A stretch of DNA of 64,000 nt from an uncultured delta proteobacterium (GCA_963712115.1 CAVQGX010000037.1:125875-189874), one strand, 5' to 3'; counted from the first letter of the stretch, positions 51,919 through 61,834 are shown. The notes: a model not told the origin generated them from the sequence alone. Numbers and translations: made by a program.

Positions 51919-54864
51919 TCATTTACTCCCGCTTTTTTTAATGGCTAGGGCTATCCGAGGGAAGATCAATATTATGAGTAACGTTGCAAGGCTCAACATT
52001 GACGTCTCAGCACCAAGATAGAGCATTACGTAAGCCATTGCAGCAAAAGGCAATAGACTAAAGCGAACCACTTTACGTAGCGTTTCATGTTTGGCAACAA
52101 GGTCTGCCAGCGTAGGCGAGTAGGTATAGTAAAGTTTCAAAAACTCTTCGCCCAGAGGATTGATAATTAGGAAACGATCTCGGAACTCTCTAGGTAAGTT
52201 AACATGATAATCCGTCGACGAACCATAAGTCGCTGTGGCGATGAAGCAACCGCCGCCAGATGCACCGGGGTTTTTTTTCTCGAAATTGTTAACAGTGACA
52301 TCAGTGCTGTCGGTAGCTTTCTGACCACCAGCATCGGTGACAGTCAACATGAATGTGATGATTGTTATCTCTTCGTTATCTTGAAGCTCAGGCGCTGTAA
52401 ATGATGCTTGAACCGTGTCTCCATCTGACAACGTCACCCTAGGGCCGACTACTTGCACCCATGAGTAAGATTGAATGCCATCGTCTTTGTCGGAGGAGTT
52501 AGATCCATCCAGAACCACACTACTTTTTTCAAGCGGGCTCTGATCGGGACCCGCATCTGCAATCGGTAGAAAGTTTCCGGTTACTACGTTCAAACTGGCA
52601 GGGGGGTCACTGTCCACCCTGCCATCATTGACGATGAGCTGAATCCCATAAGTGCCAACTACATCAACATCAAAGGTGGGATTTACCGCCGTGGGATTAG
52701 ACAAGGTAGTACTGCTTCCAGGCGGCCGTGAAGTAAAGGACCACTGGAAAGTGAGAGGATGATCGTCGACGTCACTGGAACCACTACCGTCTAGGGTGGC
52801 TGTGTCTCCCACAAAGACCTGTCCAGCCGGTGGAGGCTCAAGTACTGCATTTGCCACCGGGGCAGAGTTTAGCGTGTCTATGGTCACGCTGTCAGGGGCA
52901 CTGTTTACAGTACCATCATTGACAATGAGCTGCACTACATATGTGCCAAATTTATCAACGACAAAGGTGGGATTTGCCAACGTGGGATTAAACAAAGTAG
53001 TACTGCTTCCAGGCGGCCGGGAAGTAAAGGACCAGGAGTAGGTCAAAGGATCACCGTCCACATCACTGGAACCACTACCATCCAAAGTAACCGTATCCGT
53101 TACAAAGGGCGTCTGATCAGGTCCCGCGTCCGCCACCGGGGCAGAGTTTAGCGTGTCTATGGTCACGCTGTCAGGGGCACTGTTTACCGTACCGTCGTTG
53201 ACAATAAGCTGCACCACATAGGTGCCAAATACATCTACGAAAAAAGTGGGATTAACCGCCGTGGGATCAGACAAAGTAGTAGTGCTTCCAGGCGGCCGGG
53301 AAGTAAAAGACCAGGAGTAGGTCAAAGGATCACCATCCACATCACTGGAACCACTACCATCTAAAGTAACCGTATCCGTTACAAAAGGTGTCTGATCAGG
53401 TCCGGCATCCGCCACCGGGGCAGAGTTTAGCGTATTTATGGTGACGCTGTCAGGGGCACTGTTTACCGTACCATCGTTGACAATCAGTTGCACAACATAA
53501 TCACCAAACTCATCAACATCAAAGGTGGGCTTGACCGCAGAGGGATCAGAAAGTGTTGCTGTACTTCCAGCAGGTATTGAGACAAACGACCATGCGAAAG
53601 TCAGAGAATCGCCGTCCACATCACTGGAACCACTACCATCCAAAGTGACCGTATCTCCAACAAAGACTGACTGATCAGGCCCGGCATTTGCCACCGGAGG
53701 AGAATTCAGGGTGGATATGGTGACGCTGTCAGGGGCACTGTTTACCGTACCGTCGTTGACAATCAGTTGCACAACATAATCACCAAACTCATCAACATCA
53801 AAGGTGGGCTTGACCGCAGAGGGATCAGAAAGTGTTGCTGTACTTCCTAGAGGCCGGGAAGTAATGGACCAAAAGTAGGTCAGAGAATCACCGTCCACAT
53901 CACTGGAACCACTACCATCCAAAGTGACCGTATCTCCAACAAAGACTGACTGATCAGGCCCGGCATTTGCCACCGGAGGAGAGTTCAGGGTAGATATGGT
54001 GACGCTGTCAGGGGCACTGTTTACCGCACCGTCGTTGACAATCAGTTGCACAACATAGGTGCCAAAAACATCTACGTCGAAGGTAGGATTAACCGCCGTG
54101 GGATCAGACAAAGTAGTAGTGCTTCCAGGCGGCCGGGAAGTAAAAGACCAGGAGTAAGTCAAAGAATCACCGTCCACATCACTGGATCCACTACCATCTA
54201 AAGTAACTGTATCTCCAACAAAGACTGACTGATCAGGCCCGGCATTTGCCACCGGAGGAGAGTTCAAGGTGGATATGGTGACGCTGTCAGGGGCGCTGTC
54301 TACTGTACCGTCGTTGACAATCAGTTGCACAACATAATCACCAAACTCATCAACATCAAAGGTGGGCTTGACCGCAGAGGGATCAGAGAGTGTTGCTGTA
54401 CTTCCTAAAGGCCGGGAAGTAAATGACCAGGAGTAGGTCAAAGAATCACCGTCCACATCACTGGATCCACTACCATCTAAAGTAACTGTATCTCCAACAA
54501 AGACTGACTGATCAGATCCGGCATTTGCCACCGGAGGTGAGTTTAGCGTAATTGTTTGAGTGTCCGTATCAATTAAAGTATCACTATCAGTAACGGTCAG
54601 TGTAACGGTGTATGTGCCGGCAGTGGCGTATGTGTGGCTAGGTGTCACACCACTGCCATTGGGGCTACTATCGCCAAAATCCCAGGAGTACGAAGCAATG
54701 GGACCATCTGGATCGGACGACGAGGAAGCATCAAAGTCTACAGTTAGCCCTGAAGCCGTGAATGTAAAACTTGCCGATGGCGGGTCTGCAAAAGCCGGCT
54801 TAGCTGTGAGTGTGGTGAGGAAACAAAGAGAAAATGCTAAGAATATAAGAATCTTGGTCTTCAT
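51919..54864 (-). CDS. Adhesin-like protein: nine PKD/REJ-type Ig repeats + CFI-box-CTERM
   Basis: Signal peptide; [26 protein letters not shown] repeats at 279-bp period; GGGCFIATATYGS...TM + KKSGSK. Confidence 0.92.
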   Translation of the reverse strand: MKTKILIFLAFSLCFLTTLTAKPAFADPPSASFTFTASGLTVDFDASSSSDPDGPIASYSWDFGDSSPNGSGVTPSHTYATAGTYTVTLTVTDSDTLIDTDTQTITLNSPPVANAGSDQSVFVGDTVTLDGSGSSDVDGDSLTYSWSFTSRPLGSTATLSDPSAVKPTFDVDEFGDYVVQLIVNDGTVDSAPDSVTISTLNSPPVANAGPDQSVFVGDTVTLDGSGSSDVDGDSLTYSWSFTSRPPGSTTTLSDPTAVNPTFDVDVFGTYVVQLIVNDGAVNSAPDSVTISTLNSPPVANAGPDQSVFVGDTVTLDGSGSSDVDGDSLTYFWSITSRPLGSTATLSDPSAVKPTFDVDEFGDYVVQLIVNDGTVNSAPDSVTISTLNSPPVANAGPDQSVFVGDTVTLDGSGSSDVDGDSLTFAWSFVSIPAGSTATLSDPSAVKPTFDVDEFGDYVVQLIVNDGTVNSAPDSVTINTLNSAPVADAGPDQTPFVTDTVTLDGSGSSDVDGDPLTYSWSFTSRPPGSTTTLSDPTAVNPTFFVDVFGTYVVQLIVNDGTVNSAPDSVTIDTLNSAPVADAGPDQTPFVTDTVTLDGSGSSDVDGDPLTYSWSFTSRPPGSSTTLFNPTLANPTFVVDKFGTYVVQLIVNDGTVNSAPDSVTIDTLNSAPVANAVLEPPPAGQVFVGDTATLDGSGSSDVDDHPLTFQWSFTSRPPGSSTTLSNPTAVNPTFDVDVVGTYGIQLIVNDGRVDSDPPASLNVVTGNFLPIADAGPDQSPLEKSSVVLDGSNSSDKDDGIQSYSWVQVVGPRVTLSDGDTVQASFTAPELQDNEEITIITFMLTVTDAGGQKATDSTDVTVNNFEKKNPGASGGGCFIATATYGSSTDYHVNLPREFRDRFLIINPLGEEFLKLYYTYSPTLADLVAKHETLRKVVRFSLLPFAAMAYVMLYLGAETSMLSLATLLIILIFPRIALAIKKSGSK

Positions 54865-54939
54865 AGGCTTATCACGTAACAGTCAGTGGTCTTCACCGGG
54901 TTGCTTGCGTGCGAAGGAAAGATACATTCGAGCACACCT

Positions 54940-55125
54940 TTAGCCCGGATAATTCATGAATTGGCTACTCCGACTGTGGATATGAACGCCCTTCCGGGCG
55001 TCCTCGGGCCTCGAGCCCTGCGGCGTACCGTTCAGGTACGCCTCGGATTCAAGCCCCTGCGGTTTCCCGGTGGTACGTCCATCTTCACAGTCTCGCAACA
55101 CCAATTCGTGAATTATCCGGGCTAG
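54940..55125. mobile_element. MITE family A, copy 3 (in the predicted 5' UTR of the PKD adhesin)
   Basis: ttag-cccggataattcatgaatt ... aattcgtgaattatccggg-ctag. Confidence 0.9.
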
Positions 55126-55184
55126 TGGATTTTTCGTAGGGGCTCACACGGATTTATGACCAATCTAAGTTGCTGGTATAATAA

Positions 55185-55199
55185 GCGCAAATCGTGCCA
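55185..55199 (-). promoter_or_regulatory. sigma54 promoter of the PKD adhesin
   Basis: Minus strand TGGCACGATTTGCGC (GG-N10-GC). Confidence 0.6.
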
Positions 55200-55276
55200 C
55201 ATCGGGTGCCTAGCAATATTATTTAATAAATACATATACTTATCTTAAAACTCGAAGAGTCTAAGCTTTCGAGGTA

Positions 55277-55316
55277 TGGGTAATCTAATTCTTACTGTGG
55301 GAAAAAACTTACCAAC
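55277..55316 (-). promoter_or_regulatory. Candidate bEBP enhancer
   Basis: Plus strand TGGGTA-N17-GGAAAAA-act-TACCAAC, 78 bp from the -24 box. Confidence 0.55.
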
Positions 55317-55502
55317 AGTGGTCCTAACTAATTCGTATTTTCCTATTCTGAATTTATCGAGAACATAAAACTAAAGACTGATATGCGAATTAGTACTTTT
55401 GTACTAGAAAAATTCTTGTCCTTATTCACAGTGACTTGAGATAATGCGGCTGCCGGAAGTCGAAGCTATTTTACCACATTTGCGGCTTCTTTTCTGATTT
55501 AA

Positions 55503-56363
55503 TCAAGGTTCTATTGCATTGCCGCATAAGATTACCGATACACGGCGATTCTTCTGCCGCCCCTCAGGGGTATCATTGCTGGCAATTGGCCTAGTCTCCC
55601 CAAACCCTTCTGCAGTTATCCGTTCTGGGGAAATTCCAAAAGTATCTGTAAAGTATTTCTTCATACTCTGGGCTCGTCTCTGGGAAATTTCCAGATTTCT
55701 TGCGGCAGCACCCCTGCTGTCAGTATGGCCTTCTATTACCGCAGTTGTATCCGGATAAGTCTTCATTAGCTCACCCATCTGTCTTATTTGATCAAGGTCG
55801 GTGGTCCTAATAGTCACGCTATTCGCATTGAAATTAATGTTCAGTTGCATAATGATCTTTTTCTCGAGACCAGCAGAGTTCTCATTTTTCTTATCGCTTG
55901 TTTCCACCACATAGTCTGAACTTTGATCAAAGTCACTGTAATTCGTAACTATTTTATCATTGCACAATTCTTTTATAATAACATCATCAGTATTTATAAT
56001 AAAATAGCATATTTTTTCAGAATATTTTTCTTCACTTAAATTTAAAACTATCCTATTTCTAACATAATAGTGCCAAACTTCATATGTGCCATCGGGGATG
56101 ATATAGCTTTTTGTTGGCGATAAGCTATTAAGTAGACTTTCTATTGATGATTTGTCATGCCCAAAAACAATCTGATCAGGTTCACCAAGGATAGACATGA
56201 GTTCGTATTTTGTAGACCTGCCTTCGTTTACTTTCGCAAGATTGCTTTGCGTCAAGTCTGCATTTCCAGTTAAGTAAAGACTGCGTGAACATGAATTTAG
56301 CAAAAACATACAGATCAAAAATAGGAATATCAATAGTATGCTTTGGATAGCCTGCATATTCAT
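55503..56363 (-). CDS. Lipoprotein with a BamE/SmpA-like N-domain and an OmpA peptidoglycan-binding C-domain
   Basis: LLNSC lipobox; G.STK.EL..ILGEP..W.Y; IEGHTDSRG..RN..ISQRRA, GFGETRP, NRRV. Confidence 0.85.
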   Translation of the reverse strand: MNMQAIQSILLIFLFLICMFLLNSCSRSLYLTGNADLTQSNLAKVNEGRSTKYELMSILGEPDQIVFGHDKSSIESLLNSLSPTKSYIIPDGTYEVWHYYVRNRIVLNLSEEKYSEKICYFIINTDDVIIKELCNDKIVTNYSDFDQSSDYVVETSDKKNENSAGLEKKIIMQLNINFNANSVTIRTTDLDQIRQMGELMKTYPDTTAVIEGHTDSRGAAARNLEISQRRAQSMKKYFTDTFGISPERITAEGFGETRPIASNDTPEGRQKNRRVSVILCGNAIEP

Positions 56364-56754
56364 TAGAGTCCCGGAAACCTGGTTCTTCTCCGCATAGCGG
56401 GATCTTCGACGGGTCTGGATTCTTTACTTAAAACTGGGTGAACAACCCAGAAGGTCCGTACTTAATTACGGTATCTTGACATAATATGCCCTGGATGGTC
56501 AATGGGAAGAAATTGTAAAAAATAAGGGAAGTCTGACTAAAACTGAAAAAGCACTTCGCGACAGATGGTTTCGTGACTTGTATGCAACAGGATGAAAACT
56601 TAATAGAAATACCGCGAGTAGCCAGGCGGGCGTTGGTATTATTCTTGCAGAAATTGAGAAAAAATGGCAAAGAAAGCGAATGCCGTAGCTTGCTGCTTCA
56701 ATGCGGAACCTCCACCGCAATTACTTCAAGTGGGTTGAATGAGGTGACATCAGG

Positions 56755-58992
56755 GTGAGACTTTTCTCTAACCTAGTACTAGTTGTAGTGACACTTCTCG
56801 CATGCTATCTGGAAAGCTTCTACTTGTCTGTTCTGCCGCCCCAGGTAGGAGAGATTGCTCCCTTCACTATTCGGTCGCAGCGAACGTTCGAATTTGATCA
56901 GGAAAAAGCCCTGGGCAGCTATCGGAAAGTGGCTCTTTCGCGCTATATCCCCCTGTACACCTATGCTCCAGACGGAGTCAGTGAAGCAGGAAAAAAGCTT
57001 GAGGCATTCAGCGCCATGGTCTCCACTCTCCAAAACCTGCACTTAACTGGAGGGGAAGAACTCGTTGAATACGTCCATAGGGAGTTCGACATAGAGCTCA
57101 GCCGAGATTCGGCAGCCAAGCTACTCCACTACCCTAAACTAAACGAAGTTTTGAATGGAATGCTAACCATAGAAGAGTCAATTCTACTTGCCAAGATTGT
57201 CAGAGATCCAGAACCCATTAAGGGAAAGGAATCCGTCGAGGTTAGGTATCCTGAACCCACTGGAGTTGTTGCCCATCCTGCAGAAGAGGTAATCACATTA
57301 GCAGAGGCCAAGCTCAAGCTGAGGCAAAAAGTCAAAAGTCTTTTCTGGCAGTTGGATGATGGTATTCTGAATCCTCTAATTGAGATATCACTCGCCACAA
57401 TATCTCCAAATCTAAAATTCAACCAAAGGGAAAATAAAAAAAGGATCGAAAAGATCATTCAACAGTACCCCTCCAGGGTTGTTACTTACAGACCAGGGGA
57501 TGTAGTTGTCCCAATGCGAAAAGTTCTGAGTGACCAGGACATGCTTATATTGCGCGCCTACTTGGAAGAAGGAAGGAAAGATCTTTTCAGAACTGCTCCG
57601 TGGATACTGATGCTTACTGTATTGCTGCTTGGGCTTTATGAGTTCTTTTTCGTAAAGATAGAATGGGCCGGGCGACGTGACAAGGCGGCTGATCGGCTTA
57701 GAGCTCCGTTGTTGATCATAAGTGTCGTTATTTTGAAAGGCTTCCAATTATTTACCCCATTCCCGACGTATGCAGCACCATTTGCTGTCCTTCCTTTCTT
57801 TTTGGTCTTACTCCATGATGAAAAAATATGTGCTCTATCCGCCACTCTCATTGGCGCGTTGCTGATAACCCTTTTTTCCGGCCGAACTCTGAATATCTTG
57901 CTTTTCTTTGCCTTCGGTGGAGCGGTAGCTGTATTGTTCTCTTTAAAAATGCGAAAGCGGCTTCATATAATGATTCCCTCACTCTTGGTAGGGATCGTCA
58001 ACGTTGTCATTATAACGGTCTTATCGATCAAATGGGAATTGGTGCCGGGGTTGGTTCCAAACTGGCAAAGCATTGACGCCTCTTCTCTGATAGCGGCCTT
58101 TGACAACAGTTTTCCACACAGTGCAGGGTTGGCCCTCCTTGGCGGCTTGGTAGCAGGACCAGTGGCCATTCTGCTTTTACCCCTCATAGAGCTGATTTTC
58201 CATGTTCCTTCGGCTTTTAGTCTTAATAGATACGCAGACCTGCAACATCCCCTGATGAAAGACCTTTTGACCAGGGCCCCAGCTACCTACCAGCACACCA
58301 TGACGGTTGCCTATCTTGCTCAGGCTGCGGGGGATGTAGTCGGAGCGAATACGACGCTTTTAAGGATAGGCGCTTATTACCATGATATTGGCAAGATAGA
58401 GAATACGGAGTTTTTTTCTGAAAATCAATTAGGCGCTGATAATCCACATGATGATTTGGAACCGGGAAAGAGCGCCAAACTAATTATCGATCATGTCAAA
58501 CATGGCCAGGCTCTTGGACGAGCGAGAGGGCTACCCGAGATAGTTGTGGATTTCATTGCGCAACATCACGGGACTCAAGTTGTCGAGTTCTTTTATGAAA
58601 AGGCCGTCGAGGGAAAGCAAGAATTTGAACCCTGCAAAGAGGATTTTAGATATCCTGGACCCAAGCCACAGAGCTTGGAGGCGGCAATATTGATGATTGT
58701 GGATGCCGTGGAAGCCGCCTCGCGTTCCATCAGAGAACCGTCACCGAAGAAGATTGAGACAATGATTCGTCTCTTGATTGTTAAGCGGCTTGCCGACGGT
58801 CAGTTGGATGAATGTAATCTTTCTACAAGTGATCTCGCTAAGATCGTCGCAACCTTAGTGAACTCTCTTATGGCCTCTGGACATTCGCGTGTTGCCTATC
58901 CCTGGCAGAAAAAGGAAACAAAGGCCAGATTGATCAAAATGCAAGATAAGCGAAATAACCCCAAGCTCTCAAGCGGGTTAGATGAGGGATAA
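56755..58992 (+). CDS. 7TM-HD (HDIG) phosphohydrolase, PgpH-like cyclic dinucleotide phosphodiesterase candidate
   Basis: Extracellular domain + TM block + HPL..L..APATYQH, GAYYHDIGK, QHHGT, FRYPGPKP, DAVEAA. Confidence 0.88.
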   Translation: MRLFSNLVLVVVTLLACYLESFYLSVLPPQVGEIAPFTIRSQRTFEFDQEKALGSYRKVALSRYIPLYTYAPDGVSEAGKKLEAFSAMVSTLQNLHLTGGEELVEYVHREFDIELSRDSAAKLLHYPKLNEVLNGMLTIEESILLAKIVRDPEPIKGKESVEVRYPEPTGVVAHPAEEVITLAEAKLKLRQKVKSLFWQLDDGILNPLIEISLATISPNLKFNQRENKKRIEKIIQQYPSRVVTYRPGDVVVPMRKVLSDQDMLILRAYLEEGRKDLFRTAPWILMLTVLLLGLYEFFFVKIEWAGRRDKAADRLRAPLLIISVVILKGFQLFTPFPTYAAPFAVLPFFLVLLHDEKICALSATLIGALLITLFSGRTLNILLFFAFGGAVAVLFSLKMRKRLHIMIPSLLVGIVNVVIITVLSIKWELVPGLVPNWQSIDASSLIAAFDNSFPHSAGLALLGGLVAGPVAILLLPLIELIFHVPSAFSLNRYADLQHPLMKDLLTRAPATYQHTMTVAYLAQAAGDVVGANTTLLRIGAYYHDIGKIENTEFFSENQLGADNPHDDLEPGKSAKLIIDHVKHGQALGRARGLPEIVVDFIAQHHGTQVVEFFYEKAVEGKQEFEPCKEDFRYPGPKPQSLEAAILMIVDAVEAASRSIREPSPKKIETMIRLLIVKRLADGQLDECNLSTSDLAKIVATLVNSLMASGHSRVAYPWQKKETKARLIKMQDKRNNPKLSSGLDEG

Positions 58993-59145
58993 TAGTAAAT
59001 TGTAATATGGGGCATCTTTGATTGCTGCTAGGCGTTACTCCTACCACCTGGCCCAGTCGGCTTACGAGTCGGGTTGGATTTTCTTTTTTCCTCACTTGCA
59101 TTTTACCTCGGTTCCCCCCTGCTATATTGCAAGGAAATATCCGGG

Positions 59146-59314
59146 CTAGGAGTCTGTCGGAGTACCTCTTTATTGGACACTTGGTGGTCATCGTGGCCCT
59201 AATGGGACCCTAAAACGGCGAATGGAGTGGTCAACGTTAGTCAGAATGCCAGTGCGACTGAACCTTGCGTCCCTATTTTTCCATTGAGAGCTAGCTAGTC
59301 CGACACACTCCTAG
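59146..59314 (+). mobile_element. MITE family B, copy 1 (169 bp including CTAG flanks)
   Basis: ctag-gagtctgtcggagta ... tagtccgacacactc-ctag; exact reverse complement of 63793-63961. Confidence 0.9.
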
Positions 59315-59616
59315 ACCTCCGAAATGAACCTCGCAAGAAGCTTGCCCTGTTGAGGGCGGTCGAGGTGGAATCTTACCCCCATTCCATTGTGTGTAGACCA
59401 TACCGTTTCTGCCATGCTCGTAAGGGAGACGGTGTCAGGGTAAATGTGGATTGATAAACAGAAAATGTGATTTGCTGGTAGAGGTCTTTCGCAATATATA
59501 AAAGCTCCGTTAGGACTTACATCTCTCGTTTCCCCATTAATAGTTTTTTGAGAGGACTTAATAGTGACAGGCCAGGTGAGGAGAGTTCTGGAGAATTGGC
59601 GGTTTTCTTTTTTCAT
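59311..59616 (-). CDS. Stand-alone PilZ domain protein
   Basis: RQFSR (RxxxR), DVSPNG (DxSxxG), GMGVRF. Confidence 0.9.
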   Translation of the reverse strand: MKKENRQFSRTLLTWPVTIKSSQKTINGETRDVSPNGAFIYCERPLPANHIFCLSIHIYPDTVSLTSMAETVWSTHNGMGVRFHLDRPQQGKLLARFISEV

Positions 59617-59752
59617 GGCTCTTAACCCGGATGCAGTAACCGCCGAGACGGCTCCATAGATTCAAGGGATGTAATAGATGCTGCAACTATGACCTCATGA
59701 GTTCCGACCAATTCAATTGTATTTCAGAAACGGGCAAGACAGGGTCATTGAC

Positions 59753-60155
59753 TTAACCCGGATGTTTCATGAATGGCCTACTGCGACCCTGAATATGGCC
59801 GTCCTTCCGGGCGTCCTCGGGTGTGGGCCCCTGCGACGTACCATTCAGGTATGCCTCGGCTTCGATCTTGGATTTGGGATTTCGGATCTCGGATTCTTGA
59901 GTACAATTGATGATATCGAACTTAACAGTTCAGATTTCACCATTTGTTTTCTGGTTCTCACGTACTCTTCAGCAAATTTTAAATCCGCATTCCGCATTCC
60001 GCATTCCGCAATCGTCGACCCGGTGGCCCGCCCGCCTCGCCTTGCCCGTCCGCCATCGGCTTCGCCTCAAGCGAATGCCGGGCGGGCTCGCATGGCGGGC
60101 AGGCACGTCCATCTTCATGGTCTCGCCACATCAATTCATGAAACATCCGGGTTAA
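59753..60155. mobile_element. MITE family A, copy 4, expanded by nested insertions
   Basis: ttaa-cccggatgtttcatgaat ... attcatgaaacatccggg-ttaa; internal heptamer repeats and a GC palindrome. Confidence 0.88.
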
Positions 60156-60173
60156 ATGGCAAATGATTATGGT

Positions 60174-60189
60174 GGCAATGTTCATGCCA
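60174..60189 (-). promoter_or_regulatory. sigma54 promoter (PilZ gene 59311-59616)
   Basis: Minus strand TGGCATGAACATTGCC, consensus match. Confidence 0.7.
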
Positions 60190-60264
60190 ATAATACTAAT
60201 TTGGCGTTTCTCTATAACTTTCAATAAGTTAACTTAGACTGGGGTCGCAAGTACTTTAGATATT

Positions 60265-60304
60265 TGGGTATTTTGAGTCACAGAATAGGAAAAAGACTAC
60301 CAAC
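60265..60304 (-). promoter_or_regulatory. Candidate bEBP enhancer
   Basis: Plus strand TGGGTA-N17-GGAAAAA-gac-TACCAAC, 76 bp from the -24 box. Confidence 0.55.
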
Positions 60305-60835
60305 TATAGTCAAGTGTATAATCACCTGGACTAGAGTATACAAATCCAATCTAGGCAAGTTTTTGCCAATCACTAGCTAGATTCGGCTTTTTTCTTTTGT
60401 AATACCATGAAGGGAAATAAGTCTAGGGCGGCAATTAATCCGAATTCGATCTGACAGTGATAGCAGAACAGTTTCGACTTACCCAGACAGTCATCAAGTG
60501 GAAGGGCAATTACGATCCCACCGGAGAATGGGGTTGGTTGCCGCCAATTTGGTAAATCTCAGAACTCACTGCTTTCCGGAATGTTTAATATATCTAGTGG
60601 GCGGATCACCAGGGACAGAATGTGGATTAAAAGTTTGTAATGTGAACTCCCACCAAAAGGGTAGGATAGTTTGCATACAGACGATTGAGACGATCAACAA
60701 TGCAGAGGGACTATGACTTTGTGGATTGTATTTGAGTGCAGGATAACCTCTTGTCTGCTTGAAAATGTATAATAGCCTCCGTTACCAGACAGTGTGAACT
60801 TATTGTGAGCCAACTGGCAAGTTATACCAAAGTTT

Positions 60836-61834
60836 TTACTTCTTAGTGTATCCAGCAGGAATCTCAAAAGTTTTGGCAGGCACTGGCTTTACCTCAATCG
60901 ATTTTACCTCGACCTGACTGGAGAACAGGGGTGCACCGCCAGCAGGTTCCTGCTGACCAGTGAGGCCAGCCAGTCCGCCGAAAAGGCAGCTTCGACCAGC
61001 CGTATCCTGTGTGGATGTTGAAGCACTGGGTCCCTCTTTTACCGAAGCGTCTCCCGCAGGTTCCAAATTCCAGGTCACCTCAGTTCGGATGGGGTAACCT
61101 TTAATCTTCGCCATCTCCTTTTTCACCCTCGAGAGCCCTTTACTGAGTTCTGCCTCAGACATTCCAGACATTGCGGCAAAGACCTCCATTCCCATCAATC
61201 TGGCTGCATCAGGGGTGACATTGACTCCAAGCTTCCTCGCAAATGCACGCTGAAATTCCATCACATCGGCCTGAGCACTACGCACTGCGGCCGTTTCTGG
61301 AGTGGACCACAAATTGGTTGTCATGGTGCTTAATGACCTCTGCTTGGTCTCAACGTCTTCCATCTCCAGAAGCCAGGTAATCAAATACTCCTTACATGGA
61401 AAACCATTGATGGTCTCCGAGGCCCCAGTTTCTTTCACTGTAAACTGAGATGTTATTACCTGGACTTTACTCTCACCCTCAGCCTTTTTGTCTGATGGTT
61501 TTTCCCCTGTCATCTGTTTCAGGGGAACAATCGGGGCTGCTTCATATGTCATTTCCTCAGGATCGAGTGTCCAGTAGATTCCTTTGTCTACCCGGGTAAT
61601 GGTGATGGTCTCTTCTTTGCCCGTGATTTTTGAGAGGATTGCCCCGGCGAATCCAGTAGTAGTGGATTCCCAGAGTTTGTAATCCTGATAACGCTGGATA
61701 GTTGTCCCTTTCGAAGCGGCTATTCCGCGAAAACCACTTGTTTTGTGAGTCGTCTCGATGGTGGCGTCGCTCCAGGCGAGACTGAAAGACAAAAGCGTTG
61801 CAAGCAAGGCTACAGGAATGATGTTCCGTTTCAT
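60836..61834 (-). CDS. Secreted DUF4412-like protein
   Basis: Signal peptide, RBS ggagttg, TGASETINGFPCKEY, GYPIRT, C-terminal FEIPAGYTKK. Confidence 0.75.
   Translation of the reverse strand: MKRNIIPVALLATLLSFSLAWSDATIETTHKTSGFRGIAASKGTTIQRYQDYKLWESTTTGFAGAILSKITGKEETITITRVDKGIYWTLDPEEMTYEAAPIVPLKQMTGEKPSDKKAEGESKVQVITSQFTVKETGASETINGFPCKEYLITWLLEMEDVETKQRSLSTMTTNLWSTPETAAVRSAQADVMEFQRAFARKLGVNVTPDAARLMGMEVFAAMSGMSEAELSKGLSRVKKEMAKIKGYPIRTEVTWNLEPAGDASVKEGPSASTSTQDTAGRSCLFGGLAGLTGQQEPAGGAPLFSSQVEVKSIEVKPVPAKTFEIPAGYTKK

Noticed and set aside
665-58187. Numerous short antisense or overlapping ORFs in the supplied track
   Set aside because: They are shadows of well-supported genes on the opposite strand or in another frame
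59717-60224. ORFs within MITE copy 4 (also 8612-8794, 32284-32538, 54886-55125, 63203-63403)
   Set aside because: Translations of repeat sequence; the similar peptides only reflect the shared element
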